Of a stretch of DNA of 64,000 nt, positions 48,750 through 60,119 are shown piece after piece. Position numbers and translations under genes: made by a program. The notes under the pieces were generated by a model. The model was not told the DNA's origin and did no database searches. It was given only the letters and a program-made list of their open reading frames with translations. The stretch spans positions 20,711 to 84,710 of the forward strand of contig CAVYHJ010000006.1 of the NCBI GenBank assembly GCA_963768165.1, in the 5' to 3' direction. The DNA is from an uncultured bacterium. GTDB taxonomy: Bacteria > UBP4 > UBA4092. How positions within the stretch are numbered: the stretch's first letter is position 1; every line of letters begins with the position of its first letter.

Positions 48750-49304
48750 TTATAACTTGGGTAAAGTGACACCCTGTTGCGCCTGATATTTTCCTTTTTT
48801 ATCAGCGTAAGAAATTTCACAAGGTTCATCCGATTCGAAAAATAAGACCTGTGCCAATCCTTCATTTGCGTAAATTTTTGCAGGTAATGGGGTCGTATTG
48901 GAAATTTCGAGCGTCACATATCCTTCCCACTCGGGCTCAAAGGGAGTCACGTTGACGATAATTCCACATCGCGCATATGTTGACTTTCCCAAGCATACTG
49001 TAATCACGTTTCTGGGAATTTTGAAATATTCAATACTCCGGCTCAAGGCAAATGAATTCGGTGGAATTATACATATGTCCCCTTTGTAATCCACAAAAGA
49101 TTTTGGATCAAATTGTTTTGGGTCAACAATCGTCGAATTGATATTGGTGAATATTTTAAACTCATCGGCAACCCTCAAATCATAGCCATAAGAGGACAGC
49201 CCGAACGATACCACGCCTTTCCGCACCTGCCGATCGGCAAACGGGGATATCATTCCATGTTCCAACGCCATTCGCTTTATCCATTTATCCGATTTTACAC
49301 TCAT
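48750..49304 (-). CDS. dcd: dCTP deaminase
   Basis: '[10 protein letters not shown]', '[10 protein letters not shown]', 'TPFEPEWEG', 'YADKKGKYQ'; ATG 49304 by RBS. Confidence 0.96.
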   Translation of the reverse strand: MSVKSDKWIKRMALEHGMISPFADRQVRKGVVSFGLSSYGYDLRVADEFKIFTNINSTIVDPKQFDPKSFVDYKGDICIIPPNSFALSRSIEYFKIPRNVITVCLGKSTYARCGIIVNVTPFEPEWEGYVTLEISNTTPLPAKIYANEGLAQVLFFESDEPCEISYADKKGKYQAQQGVTLPKL

Positions 49305-49409
49305 TATTCTCTCCACATTTTAAATTCATTATTTTATTTTTCAAGTATACCAATATTCTCCTCTATTTGTCATTCCCATTTTATAATAATCTCTTAATAA
49401 GACCGCCCT

Positions 49410-50504
49410 ATGGACAACTTTGTAATGAACAAGATCAGTCTCGTTCATTTCAGCCACACACAAAAAATGGACGCTTTTAACATTTTTAAGTATACTTTAT
49501 CTACTATGCTGAAAAAAATTGGGTGTTTGTTTTTGGTTGGGTTATGGTTAACGGGATGTTCCCCGAAAGGATCATCGTCCACGGAATCCCCAATTTCCGT
49601 TACCGTGCAGTTAAAAGGCGGAATTGAGGCCGAATCGGCGGGATATTATATTGCCTTAAACAAAGGGTTTTATCTGGATGAGGGAGTAGATGTGAAATTA
49701 ATCCCCGGGGATTTGTTAACTCGACAAGAGGATCCTGTTTTGTCCGGGACAGTGACTTTTGGAGTTATGTGGTTACCCAGATTGTTGGTTTTACGGGATC
49801 AAGGGAAATCCTTGGTTCATTTGGCACAAATATTTCAGAAGAGCGGGACTCGGTTGGTCGCCAAAAGAACCAATGGTATCAATTATCCGATAGATTTGTT
49901 ACATCACCGAGCGTCCATTTGGCCGGAAGGAAATGGATATGAATTTGGAGTATTTCTTGGTGAAAATGGAGTTGGGTCACAATTTGTGCAGATTTCTGAA
50001 GATAAAGAACCATTAAAAGCATTTATGGAAAATCGGACAGATATTGCTTCTCTTCTTTCTTATAAGGATTATCAGGATTTAATGAAACAGAAATTGCCCA
50101 ATTTATTGGTCTTTGATGGAACCACGGAATCCTGGGGATTACCGCAAGATTGTATATTCGCAACCGAGCAAACCGCTGCCAATAAAAAAGATTTATGCGA
50201 ACGTTTTCTCCGCGCTTCCATCAAGGGTTGGGAATATGTGTTAACCAATCCAAAGGAAAGCGCTCAGATATTAAAAGATTTTGACAAAACCAATAAATTA
50301 GACGTGGACTATGAAATGAATGGAATTCGCGAAATTGGGAAATTAATCTGCCAGGAAAATAATCCAACACAGAAAATAGGTTATCTTTCTACCGAAGAAT
50401 TCAATCGGGTGAATCAATTATTGGTAAAATATCAAATCTTAAAAAATCCGGTCAAGGATAATGTGCTGGATAGTGATATTTGGAAAGATATTTATAAGCC
50501 GTAA
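49410..50504 (+). CDS. NMT1/THI5-like ABC substrate-binding lipoprotein
   Basis: Lipobox 'LWLTGC'; 'AGYYIALNKGFYLDEGVDV', 'FLRASIKGWEY'; true start probably later than 49410. Confidence 0.8.
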   Translation: MDNFVMNKISLVHFSHTQKMDAFNIFKYTLSTMLKKIGCLFLVGLWLTGCSPKGSSSTESPISVTVQLKGGIEAESAGYYIALNKGFYLDEGVDVKLIPGDLLTRQEDPVLSGTVTFGVMWLPRLLVLRDQGKSLVHLAQIFQKSGTRLVAKRTNGINYPIDLLHHRASIWPEGNGYEFGVFLGENGVGSQFVQISEDKEPLKAFMENRTDIASLLSYKDYQDLMKQKLPNLLVFDGTTESWGLPQDCIFATEQTAANKKDLCERFLRASIKGWEYVLTNPKESAQILKDFDKTNKLDVDYEMNGIREIGKLICQENNPTQKIGYLSTEEFNRVNQLLVKYQILKNPVKDNVLDSDIWKDIYKP

Positions 50505-50516
50505 CACATAAGCAAA

Positions 50517-52592
50517 TCAAGGGTGTTTTTTATTTGATTTCGTTGAAAACATAATCAGTAAAAGAGCTGACAGAAATGTCAAAACCCATCCCATTTTTTC
50601 AGCCATAGTAGATTCATAGCGAATTGAAATTGAGTAATTAGCACCTTCTGGTAACTGCAATCGCATTAAGCCCATTTCGTCAGATTTTAAAGGAATTCGT
50701 TTATGACCCATATAGGCTTTCCAGCGGGGATAATAACCCATTTTGATTAACAATAACGAGTCCTTTCGAGACTTCCTCACTTGTATATTAATTTGGTCAT
50801 CACTGAATTTTACGATGCCTGCTTCAACAGAATTATTATCCGAGAGTAACCAGGAAGAAGAATAGTTTTTCAGATGATAAAGATGAAATACACCTATTTG
50901 TCGAACAGGGATGAATTTATCCGAATGGTTGAGAAAATCATTGACCTTGGATTCCTCATCATTAGCGATAATCGTTGTTGCATTAAACCGCCGGCAAAAG
51001 TTCCAGAATGTGTCGGAGGACATTTTCTCCCAAGGAATGCCAAACAGAGATTCGTTTTGCAGAAAATCCGCTTCTTCTCTAACAATGTTCGGAGGTTTTA
51101 CGCCAAAATAAAGAAAACTTGCCGTTGAGTAAAAAGGCTCATTCACAGCACCTAGAATAGGACGGCCTGTATAATCCGGAGTTAAAGCTACGGCATGCGT
51201 CACAAAACGACTCGGAAGATTGGGATATCCTATTCGAGCGGAAGTAAAAAGTATTCTTCCATCCGAATCGGATTTCAAATAATTCCATAATTCATCCAAT
51301 TGAAGAATTCTCCGGGTTTGGCTTAGAGAGGCGAATTGGCTAAATCCGGTATAATGAAAACAATAACTCATAATTTCGATACTAAAATATCCCACTCCGA
51401 ACAAGACTAGGAATAATCCAGTTGCCATTAATTTATTCATCTCCCGTAATTTCCAATTTTTGACATTTTCAAGAAATTTCTCAATTAAAAAACCAATGCC
51501 AATCCCACTTGTGAGGATGATAGAAAAGTGGAAATCATCCTGCAAGCGCCAAGGGTCAATCATATAATTTCGTAAAAGACCGTTTAACACCAATCGGATA
51601 AGCAACAAAAACACCAGCATAAATACTGGTGTTAAAAGTAATCCGGCTAGAACGGCTTTACGTTTTTCTGTATGATTTCCATAAAGCAGGGACAGGGCAC
51701 TGGAACAATAAAGAACCAAAAATAGTTTTTTTGACCAACCTTCTGAAAGCGCATAAAGTAAATCCTTGAATTTATTGCTACCCGACCAAACCTGCATTTG
51801 TGAAACAAAACCGGAATGAAGAAATAATGGTACCCACCAAAATGAAACCAGACCTATTCCTAGAAGAAGAACGAAAAATAATTTTCTCATTACTTTATTA
51901 GAAACATTTATCCCTATTCGACTCCAAGTATAGAGTTGAGCTGCAACGCCAAAAAATGGTAAAAAGCTGTGATACGGATGGAATAAGATAACCAAGGCGA
52001 CTGAGAGTGCCAGTAAAATCCACGGCCATCTTTGAGTATGACGTTCAAGACAGTAAAAAAAGAACATCATAATAAGGAAAAATAATCCGAGAGCAAATCG
52101 TGAATTAATCAATCCGACAATAATCCCAAACAATATTCCGCTGTCTGTTTCTGCATAAGTTAACAAAAATAGACTTGAAATGAGTCCTCCCCACCAGGGA
52201 AACTCTATTTTACGAAGCAAGAAATATCCTGTAATTGCAGGCAGAAATAAAGTGGTTAGTAAAATAATTTGATATATTGTTCCCGGGGTAAGCGTTGCGA
52301 AAGTGAGATAATAAAGAATCGCCCCAAGAAAGGCAAATCCCGGAGGATAAAATTGTAATTCCGGTATTCCACCAAACCAATTGGGATTCCAATCAATAAA
52401 ACGGTGGTGCACCGGAATGGATTTTGTCAAAACGTAATTTAACGTTGCGAAATGAAATCCATGATCGTCATAAACAAAGGGGTCTGTGGAGAAGAGAAAT
52501 CCCAAAGCAGAATAGCCGACAGCAAAGAGAAGACCAACAGCCAAGACATCCGGTATCCACCGGTACGCGCTGGTTGACGGGCGATTATTCAT
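50517..52592 (-). CDS. Polytopic membrane protein, PTPS-related / GT-C-like (YfhO-like C-terminus)
   Basis: 'DDHGFH', 'WNPNWFGGIPELQFYPP' and C-terminal 'YYPRWKAY'; many TM helices. Confidence 0.65.
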   Translation of the reverse strand: MNNRPSTSAYRWIPDVLAVGLLFAVGYSALGFLFSTDPFVYDDHGFHFATLNYVLTKSIPVHHRFIDWNPNWFGGIPELQFYPPGFAFLGAILYYLTFATLTPGTIYQIILLTTLFLPAITGYFLLRKIEFPWWGGLISSLFLLTYAETDSGILFGIIVGLINSRFALGLFFLIMMFFFYCLERHTQRWPWILLALSVALVILFHPYHSFLPFFGVAAQLYTWSRIGINVSNKVMRKLFFVLLLGIGLVSFWWVPLFLHSGFVSQMQVWSGSNKFKDLLYALSEGWSKKLFLVLYCSSALSLLYGNHTEKRKAVLAGLLLTPVFMLVFLLLIRLVLNGLLRNYMIDPWRLQDDFHFSIILTSGIGIGFLIEKFLENVKNWKLREMNKLMATGLFLVLFGVGYFSIEIMSYCFHYTGFSQFASLSQTRRILQLDELWNYLKSDSDGRILFTSARIGYPNLPSRFVTHAVALTPDYTGRPILGAVNEPFYSTASFLYFGVKPPNIVREEADFLQNESLFGIPWEKMSSDTFWNFCRRFNATTIIANDEESKVNDFLNHSDKFIPVRQIGVFHLYHLKNYSSSWLLSDNNSVEAGIVKFSDDQINIQVRKSRKDSLLLIKMGYYPRWKAYMGHKRIPLKSDEMGLMRLQLPEGANYSISIRYESTMAEKMGWVLTFLSALLLIMFSTKSNKKHP

Positions 52593-52687
52593 GTATACGC
52601 CTTGATTCTATCCTCATAAAAAAACTTCTTATCACCATCGTACTGTGATAAGAAGTTTACTAAATCCCAAATGTTCTTGCAAATGTA

Positions 52688-53731
52688 TTATTTAAAAAGC
52701 GCTCGCGCCAATTTCATCCAATCGTCATTGACCAGTTTTAATTCCCCGGTGGCTTTGGATAAATCCACGCTTTTCACTTCCGTTCCAACCAAACAAGCCA
52801 TCTTGCCAAATTCTTTGTTATGCAGCATTTCCACAGCTTTAACACCAACCCGTGTGCCTAATATCCTATCAAAAACGGTAGGAGACCCGCCGCGTTGGAT
52901 ATGACCAATAACGGAAGCACGTGTATCCACGCCTGTAGCCTCTTTAATGATTTTAGCGACACTTTCACCAATGCGTTTTTCCTTGAGAATCTTATGCCCA
53001 AAAGAATCCACCTGGTCGCCTTCACTCCCCGTAACGGGCAGTTCTACACCTTCAGACACCGCAACGAGTGCATAGCGCTTCCCCCGTTTGAGAACATCTT
53101 TCAAGTGTTGCGTCATCGCATCCAATTCTGCTTTGATGTCTTTATTATGTTCCGGTAAAAGAATCCAATCTGCACCACCTGCTAATCCGGTATAAAGCGC
53201 AACCCATCCGGCATACCGTCCCATAACTTCCAAAACCATAATCCGGCGATGGGACTTTGCCGTATCCCTCAACCTGTCCAGCGCATCCACAGCCACTGTG
53301 ACGGAGGTATCAAAACCAAAAGTAAAATCGGTTGCGGACAAATCGTTATCCATGGTTTTCGGAACTCCGACCGTTTGAATTTTATGTTTTTCATATAATT
53401 TTCTCGCGACACCCAGAGTGTCATCTCCACCGATTGCTACCAACCCATCTAAACCAATTTTTTTAATATTTTCCAATACTTTGGGAACATCTTCCGCTTC
53501 TTTCTTAAAGGGATTCGTCCGAGAAGTTCCCAAAATTGTTCCACCTTGATTAAGAATTTCTTCCACATCTTCCAATCGTAAAGGTCGCGTGATATTTTTT
53601 ACCAACCCCGCCCATCCATCTTCAATTCCGACGACCGTATCTCCATAATCCAAAGCCCGTAAAACCACTCCACGTATAGCTGGATTTAACCCGGGACAAT
53701 CTCCACCACCGGTTAATACACCGATTTTCAT
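52688..53731 (-). CDS. pfkA: 6-phosphofructokinase
   Basis: 'LTGGGDCPGLN', 'GGTILGTSR', 'GVPKTMDND', 'EVMGR', 'GHIQRGG'. Confidence 0.95.
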   Translation of the reverse strand: MKIGVLTGGGDCPGLNPAIRGVVLRALDYGDTVVGIEDGWAGLVKNITRPLRLEDVEEILNQGGTILGTSRTNPFKKEAEDVPKVLENIKKIGLDGLVAIGGDDTLGVARKLYEKHKIQTVGVPKTMDNDLSATDFTFGFDTSVTVAVDALDRLRDTAKSHRRIMVLEVMGRYAGWVALYTGLAGGADWILLPEHNKDIKAELDAMTQHLKDVLKRGKRYALVAVSEGVELPVTGSEGDQVDSFGHKILKEKRIGESVAKIIKEATGVDTRASVIGHIQRGGSPTVFDRILGTRVGVKAVEMLHNKEFGKMACLVGTEVKSVDLSKATGELKLVNDDWMKLARALFK

Positions 53732-53776
53732 ACACTTTCCTCCTATAAAGAAATGAAATAAATAATAAAAATATAA

Positions 53777-54541
53777 TTAATTTTTTGAAGCGGCTTGAAC
53801 AATGGCAGTAAATGAATCTATTTTCAGGCTGGCGCCGCCGATGAGTCCCCCGTCAATATCTTTAACTTTCATTAAAACATCGGCGTTCTTTTCACTGACA
53901 TTTCCGCCATATTGAATACGGACATTTTCAGCGACATTCGCACCAAACTGTTTCGTTAACAATTGTCGAATAAATTTATGTACTTCATCTGCTTGTTCGG
54001 GAGTCGCCGGAGTTTTCCCTACTCCGATAGCCCACACCGGTTCATACGCAATAATTGTGGTAAGTATTTCTTCTGAACTCAGACCCGTCAGTCCGTTCAG
54101 AACATGATCCTCTACAACCTTTTGAGTAAATCCGGCCTGACGTTCTTCCCATGTTTCACCAACACACATAATTGGGAGGAGACCATGTTTATGGGCTGCT
54201 TTTACTTTTTTATTCACCGTTTCATTGGTTTCACCAAATAATGCGCGGCGTTCCGAATGTCCAATAATGACATATTTACAGCCTGTATCTAAAAGCATAG
54301 CAGGTGAGATTTCTCCGGTATAAGCCCCGGAGACTTCCCAATACATATCTTGTGCACCCAAAGCAATTTTACTTCCTTTAATGACTTCCGCAACCGTCAC
54401 TAATGCCGTAAATGGCGGGCAGAAAACTATATCGCATTGGGTTATTTCACCCACAGATTTAACCAGAGCGGAAGCAAGTTCTTTTGCTTCCGCAGGTGTT
54501 TTATTCATTTTCCAGTTTCCAGCAATAATTTTTTTTCTCAT
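53777..54541 (-). CDS. tpiA: Triosephosphate isomerase
   Basis: 'AGNWKMN', 'IIGHSERR', 'AYEPVWAIG', 'YGG', 'GGASL'. Confidence 0.99.
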   Translation of the reverse strand: MRKKIIAGNWKMNKTPAEAKELASALVKSVGEITQCDIVFCPPFTALVTVAEVIKGSKIALGAQDMYWEVSGAYTGEISPAMLLDTGCKYVIIGHSERRALFGETNETVNKKVKAAHKHGLLPIMCVGETWEERQAGFTQKVVEDHVLNGLTGLSSEEILTTIIAYEPVWAIGVGKTPATPEQADEVHKFIRQLLTKQFGANVAENVRIQYGGNVSEKNADVLMKVKDIDGGLIGGASLKIDSFTAIVQAASKN

Positions 54542-54558
54542 GTTATAGTATCCTCAGA

Positions 54559-55626
<1,068 letters not shown>

Positions 55627-55711
55627 CTAGCAAATCCTTATATATAATATTACAATAAAGTGATTTTATCGTCAACAAACCATTATTACTGAATGGATGG
55701 AAAAAACTCTT

Positions 55712-56614
55712 TTAGTCTATTAAATTCAAATGCGTTGCAGGTTTATAATTCTGGCCGGTTGTTTCCGTGCTGGGTGGAGTTGGTGAACTTGGCGGAGGGG
55801 TACCGGGAATCGGCACATTTCCCAATAACTTAGCGATTTCCACATCCAGATTTTCTCTCGCATTGGTATCCACAAGAATCCCGTTTTTATTTACCATCCA
55901 CATGGTGGGAATCACGCTAATGTCATATATTTTTCCGAAATAATTATCTTTGGATTTTTCTTCATAATATTGCGGCCAAGGGATTGCATTGTCCTTAACC
56001 GCTTTTAAAAAATCACTCATTATCGTGTCAAAACTAATCCCGACAATTTCAAACCCTTTTTCATGGTATTCTTCATATAACTGTTTTAACACGGGAATGT
56101 CTTTCATACTGTTATCCGATAAGGTTGCCCAATAATCAATCAATACGACTTTCCCTTTCATATGGGTCAAATCTACAGACCTTCCGTCCATGGAATTAAA
56201 ATGAAGATAGAAGGGTTTACCCAACAAGGTAAGATAGTACAACTTATCCGCTGCTTGCCTTGCCCAATCGTCATTTCCAATTTTTTCGATTTTCTGATAT
56301 AACTTTCTCGCTCTTTCCACATCATAATTTTGAACTGTTTCAGCGATAGCCTCATATAGTTCCGGTTTTTTCATTTCTTCGGGATAGGATTGATAATACT
56401 CCTGTGCTATTTGTTCCATTTGGTCAAAAATCATCCCATTATTTCCGTCATCCCGGAGTTGGCTTTTGAGTATTTTAAATTTTTGTCCATAAGATGCCGC
56501 GACCTCCTTCTTCACGGAATCGTCACTAAAAGCAAACGTAAACGAGGCCAGTCCCATGACCAAATGAACAGTAATAATAAGAAGAAGAAACCTAAAACCA
56601 TATCGTAAGTACAT
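55712..56614 (-). CDS. TlpA/redoxin-fold protein lacking the CxxC motif
   Basis: Signal peptide/TM; 'GKVVLIDYWATLSDNS', 'GFEIVGISFD', 'IPWPQ', 'IPTMWMV'. Confidence 0.8.
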   Translation of the reverse strand: MYLRYGFRFLLLIITVHLVMGLASFTFAFSDDSVKKEVAASYGQKFKILKSQLRDDGNNGMIFDQMEQIAQEYYQSYPEEMKKPELYEAIAETVQNYDVERARKLYQKIEKIGNDDWARQAADKLYYLTLLGKPFYLHFNSMDGRSVDLTHMKGKVVLIDYWATLSDNSMKDIPVLKQLYEEYHEKGFEIVGISFDTIMSDFLKAVKDNAIPWPQYYEEKSKDNYFGKIYDISVIPTMWMVNKNGILVDTNARENLDVEIAKLLGNVPIPGTPPPSSPTPPSTETTGQNYKPATHLNLID

Positions 56615-56777
56615 ATTTGTCTTCTCTTGAGTTGATGAAGAAAATAATTGATTCCAGAGATTAATACGTGCCTAAATATCTTGCTCTTGAAAAGGACGAA
56701 TGGCAAAAGTGTACAAAGGGAAACTCTAAAAGATAATCCAAAAAAACATATTCTAACAACGTCTCGTTTTCGAACAA

Positions 56778-58052
56778 TTACAAGAAATAGGCGTTTTTCC
56801 AATAAACCTTGTTATATTCACTATCTACCGCAAAAAACCACGGTGGAGACATGTACATAAATCGATTATCATAGTTAAAATCCCTGACTTGGAACCCATC
56901 ACTCCCACTTACAAATGAACCATTCCCCCATGTAGCATAAGATCCATTAAGAGTCAGGGTGCCCATGGGTACATTGAGTGCAGGCCCTGCTTCAAAAAGA
57001 CCAATACCTGAATCCATCGCATATATAGCCGCGTCAACGGTTAAATTCGCAGGAGCTGTGGAAGCAATTTGTACAATTTGATTCGTTATCAATCCAAGAA
57101 TATCCGGACTGGTCAAAGCGGTATTGGAATATACAAGATTGTTAACGAGAGTAATAGTACTATTAGAAACCACACTTACATCTCCATGCAATGTCCCGGA
57201 TATAAAGACTTGGGGACGCAATCCGATTAATGTACCCGTTGTAGTAGTAGATAATGAATAATAAATGGTCGTGGTCCTACTAGAAGTAGGGCCGACCAGT
57301 GTAATGATCGCCGTATTCATGTTAAAAGTAACTGTCGCCGCCGTGTAATTAGTCGTTCCCCCGCCGTATTTACCATCATAAAATCCTGAGGAACTCGCAA
57401 TACTCAAAATGGAGTTTATACTGTAGGTTGAAATAGCTGATAGGGCAGGCGCACCATATTGTACTCCACCTAAAAATGAGGGAGTTCCTCCAGAATTCAC
57501 CAGCAAACCCACAACCTTTACCGGACCATCAAATATAGGGTTACCATTCGTGAGTATATTGCTCCCTATATACACAGGACCCGTAGCCTCATACCCTGTT
57601 CCAAAAGTAGCGGACATTTCATCCCGAAACACCAAATAATCATTAAAAAAGGCAGTTCTGGTTACTCCAAGAATAGATGCCTGGGAATAGGTATTAGTGG
57701 GAGTCCCAATAGAAACAATCTGCCAGGCATGAATAATATTAGTCGTTTGAATCAGATTTACCGTCACTTTATAGCTGCCAATGGTCTGTCCGGCATAGGA
57801 TAAATATTGAATTGGAGGCGATGTGCTCGCACCGAAACCTGCATCCGACGCCCGAAGAACTTCATTCCCATAATTAATTCCCGCGTCCGCCAGATAAAAC
57901 GCCTGAATACGATACGTTTGATTTTGGCTAATATGTAGTTCAATTAACCCGACGGCAAAAAAAGGCGCCGCAATCGCAACCAGTGCGAATATGACAATCA
58001 TAGTGAACGCCAGAACATTCCCTTTATCGTTTGCTAAAAATTTAGCTTTCAT
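56778..58052 (-). CDS. PilX-like type IV pilus/T2SS minor pilin-associated protein
   Basis: 'KGNVLAFTMIVIFAL', 'AFYLADAGIN', 'YDNRF...PPWF'; ATG 58052 by AAGGAGG RBS. Confidence 0.8.
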   Translation of the reverse strand: MKAKFLANDKGNVLAFTMIVIFALVAIAAPFFAVGLIELHISQNQTYRIQAFYLADAGINYGNEVLRASDAGFGASTSPPIQYLSYAGQTIGSYKVTVNLIQTTNIIHAWQIVSIGTPTNTYSQASILGVTRTAFFNDYLVFRDEMSATFGTGYEATGPVYIGSNILTNGNPIFDGPVKVVGLLVNSGGTPSFLGGVQYGAPALSAISTYSINSILSIASSSGFYDGKYGGGTTNYTAATVTFNMNTAIITLVGPTSSRTTTIYYSLSTTTTGTLIGLRPQVFISGTLHGDVSVVSNSTITLVNNLVYSNTALTSPDILGLITNQIVQIASTAPANLTVDAAIYAMDSGIGLFEAGPALNVPMGTLTLNGSYATWGNGSFVSGSDGFQVRDFNYDNRFMYMSPPWFFAVDSEYNKVYWKNAYFL

Positions 58053-58071
58053 AATTTCCTCCTTTGATAAT

Positions 58072-58710
58072 TTATTGATGAGAATTTCGTATTCCAACAT
58101 CGGTAATTAGAGCATAATTTTCCACATGGATTTGATGACCGGAAGAAACTTGGGTCACTGTAGAAAGAACCGTGGTTTGGGCATAAACAGAAACTGTAAA
58201 ATAGTACGGATTATAGGGATTTGATGATGCGTCAAAGCCTGCCGTAGAATTAATTAGAGTATGCGAGACATAAAAAGTTTGAATATTGCCTGCCACCTCA
58301 AAAGACGAAGACCCACCTGTTGCCCAACTGACGGTTCGTATAAGAATTCCACTTGAAAGAGAATAGGTAACAGTATTTAAAGCCCACGGATTATTTGCCA
58401 GCATATAGGTATCATACTCGCCTGTTGATATAGTAAAGACTAAATTATTCGTACTGGAGGCAGTCGCGTAATCGGGGGTAAGCACAGAGGAACCGGTAGC
58501 ATAATAATTAATCGCCCCGTGGAGTTCCATATTTAACCAATCCGAGGCAATGCGGGCATCCTGTTGAGATTCCACCAACCCTTCGGAAATCGACCAGGAT
58601 TGAACGGTTTGATAAAATACGGAAAATAAAACGGTCAACAAAAGAGCGAATATAAACAAACTAATCATCAATTCCATTACGGTAAAACCATTGTATTTAT
58701 ATGTATTCAT
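58072..58710 (-). CDS. PilW-like prepilin
   Basis: Class III signal 'G/FTVMELMISLFIF'. Confidence 0.88.
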   Translation of the reverse strand: MNTYKYNGFTVMELMISLFIFALLLTVLFSVFYQTVQSWSISEGLVESQQDARIASDWLNMELHGAINYYATGSSVLTPDYATASSTNNLVFTISTGEYDTYMLANNPWALNTVTYSLSSGILIRTVSWATGGSSSFEVAGNIQTFYVSHTLINSTAGFDASSNPYNPYYFTVSVYAQTTVLSTVTQVSSGHQIHVENYALITDVGIRNSHQ

Positions 58711-58724
58711 AATATTATTCTTTT

Positions 58725-59183
58725 TTAGTTATAAGCTCTTGCCGAAATCAAGGTTACACTGGTTGTATAACCGCTCTTGGCACTTAGCCAATAGACATTC
58801 ACAACATACTGTTTGAAATACGCATTATAAGGTGCCGGGGATGCCTGTACCGACCAATTGTATGTATACGTTGTCGAATCTCCGTTATAGGTAACTTGAC
58901 GCCGCACCGTACTTGCATCATTGTAAATATTTTCAACGTTTGGAAAATTGCTATACGCCAACATTTGTTCCATATACCCTTTGGCAACCATAACCGCCGC
59001 GGAGTTGTTATTGGAGACTCTATCCATTCTCATACCCGCGCTTAATAAACTAATCAAAGCGATAACGGATAAGACAATCAAAACCAATGCAATCAGTACT
59101 TCCATAAGTGTAAACCCTGGATGGCGGCAAGAGTTATCACGATGCCAACGGGGTTTACCACGATGATGGTGATGTATCTTCAA
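58725..59183 (-). CDS. PilV-like prepilin
   Basis: 'G/FTLMEVLIALVLI', 'AKGYMEQ'. Confidence 0.88.
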   Translation of the reverse strand: MKIHHHHRGKPRWHRDNSCRHPGFTLMEVLIALVLIVLSVIALISLLSAGMRMDRVSNNNSAAVMVAKGYMEQMLAYSNFPNVENIYNDASTVRRQVTYNGDSTTYTYNWSVQASPAPYNAYFKQYVVNVYWLSAKSGYTTSVTLISARAYN

Positions 59184-59760
59184 AGATTTTCACCTTTCCT
59201 GTGGAATATTTTATCGCTACCACCCAAAAATGGGTAGAGGTATTGCTAAAATCAGAATTTTGGTTAATTCGGATAAGCCCATCGTTCAAAGGAGTATCAC
59301 TGCCATTCGGTGTAAACGTGATCAAATTATTGGCAAATCCAGTCGACAAAATAGAACAGGTGTTACTCATCGTGACTGATTTTACGAGCGTGGTACTGGT
59401 GGAAACCGTGGTGGAGATAATATAATAGATTGCATAACTATTCTGCACACTATCAATACTCGAATTATTGGGCGTTCCAGTGGCCGTATTTAATTGCATG
59501 TAATAATTATTCACGTTGGTGATTGCCAATTGTTCCGCATAGCGAATGTCTCCAGCCAGTTGATCCGCGGCTCCATTTGCGTTATACACATTGTACATAT
59601 GCATCATGCCGGGAACGGAAAATGCGATAAACAATATCGCAATAATCATGACAACCATGATTTCCATCATAGTAAATCCCCTGGAGAAATCCCGCACTGA
59701 GTGTACAGAAGAAAATACATTCCGAAAAGCACTTTTTATGGATTTCACCTTACTTGTCAT
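59155..59760 (-). CDS. FimT/GspH-like prepilin
   Basis: 'G/FTMMEIMVVMII', 'LAGDIRYAEQLAI', 'ITFTPNG', 'TGKVK'. Confidence 0.88.
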   Translation of the reverse strand: MTSKVKSIKSAFRNVFSSVHSVRDFSRGFTMMEIMVVMIIAILFIAFSVPGMMHMYNVYNANGAADQLAGDIRYAEQLAITNVNNYYMQLNTATGTPNNSSIDSVQNSYAIYYIISTTVSTSTTLVKSVTMSNTCSILSTGFANNLITFTPNGSDTPLNDGLIRINQNSDFSNTSTHFWVVAIKYSTGKVKIFEDTSPSSW

Positions 59761-60119
59761 TTCTTTCTCTCACTCTACCAAAAAGTTTACGATACTAAAG
59801 AGTTTATGCCAAAAAATCTATTCTGTCAATAGCTAGAAACACCTCAACTATAAGAGATATTATAGCATGTTTTGTGCCTCATTTGTAAAATTATAAATAA
59901 TTGATAAATAAAGAGTTGAAAATATATTTTGTATCATAAAATTAATAATTTTACAGTATTAACCATTTTCGTGTAACTTTAGGGTAACATAAATACTTTC
60001 TCATGTTAAAATAGGCTTCCAAAAATAGAGGTTAATTAAAACCAACATAAATGTAGCAACAAACAACAAAAATGTCGGCTACTCATCTTAAGTATTAACA
60101 AATGAACTGTATTACATGA

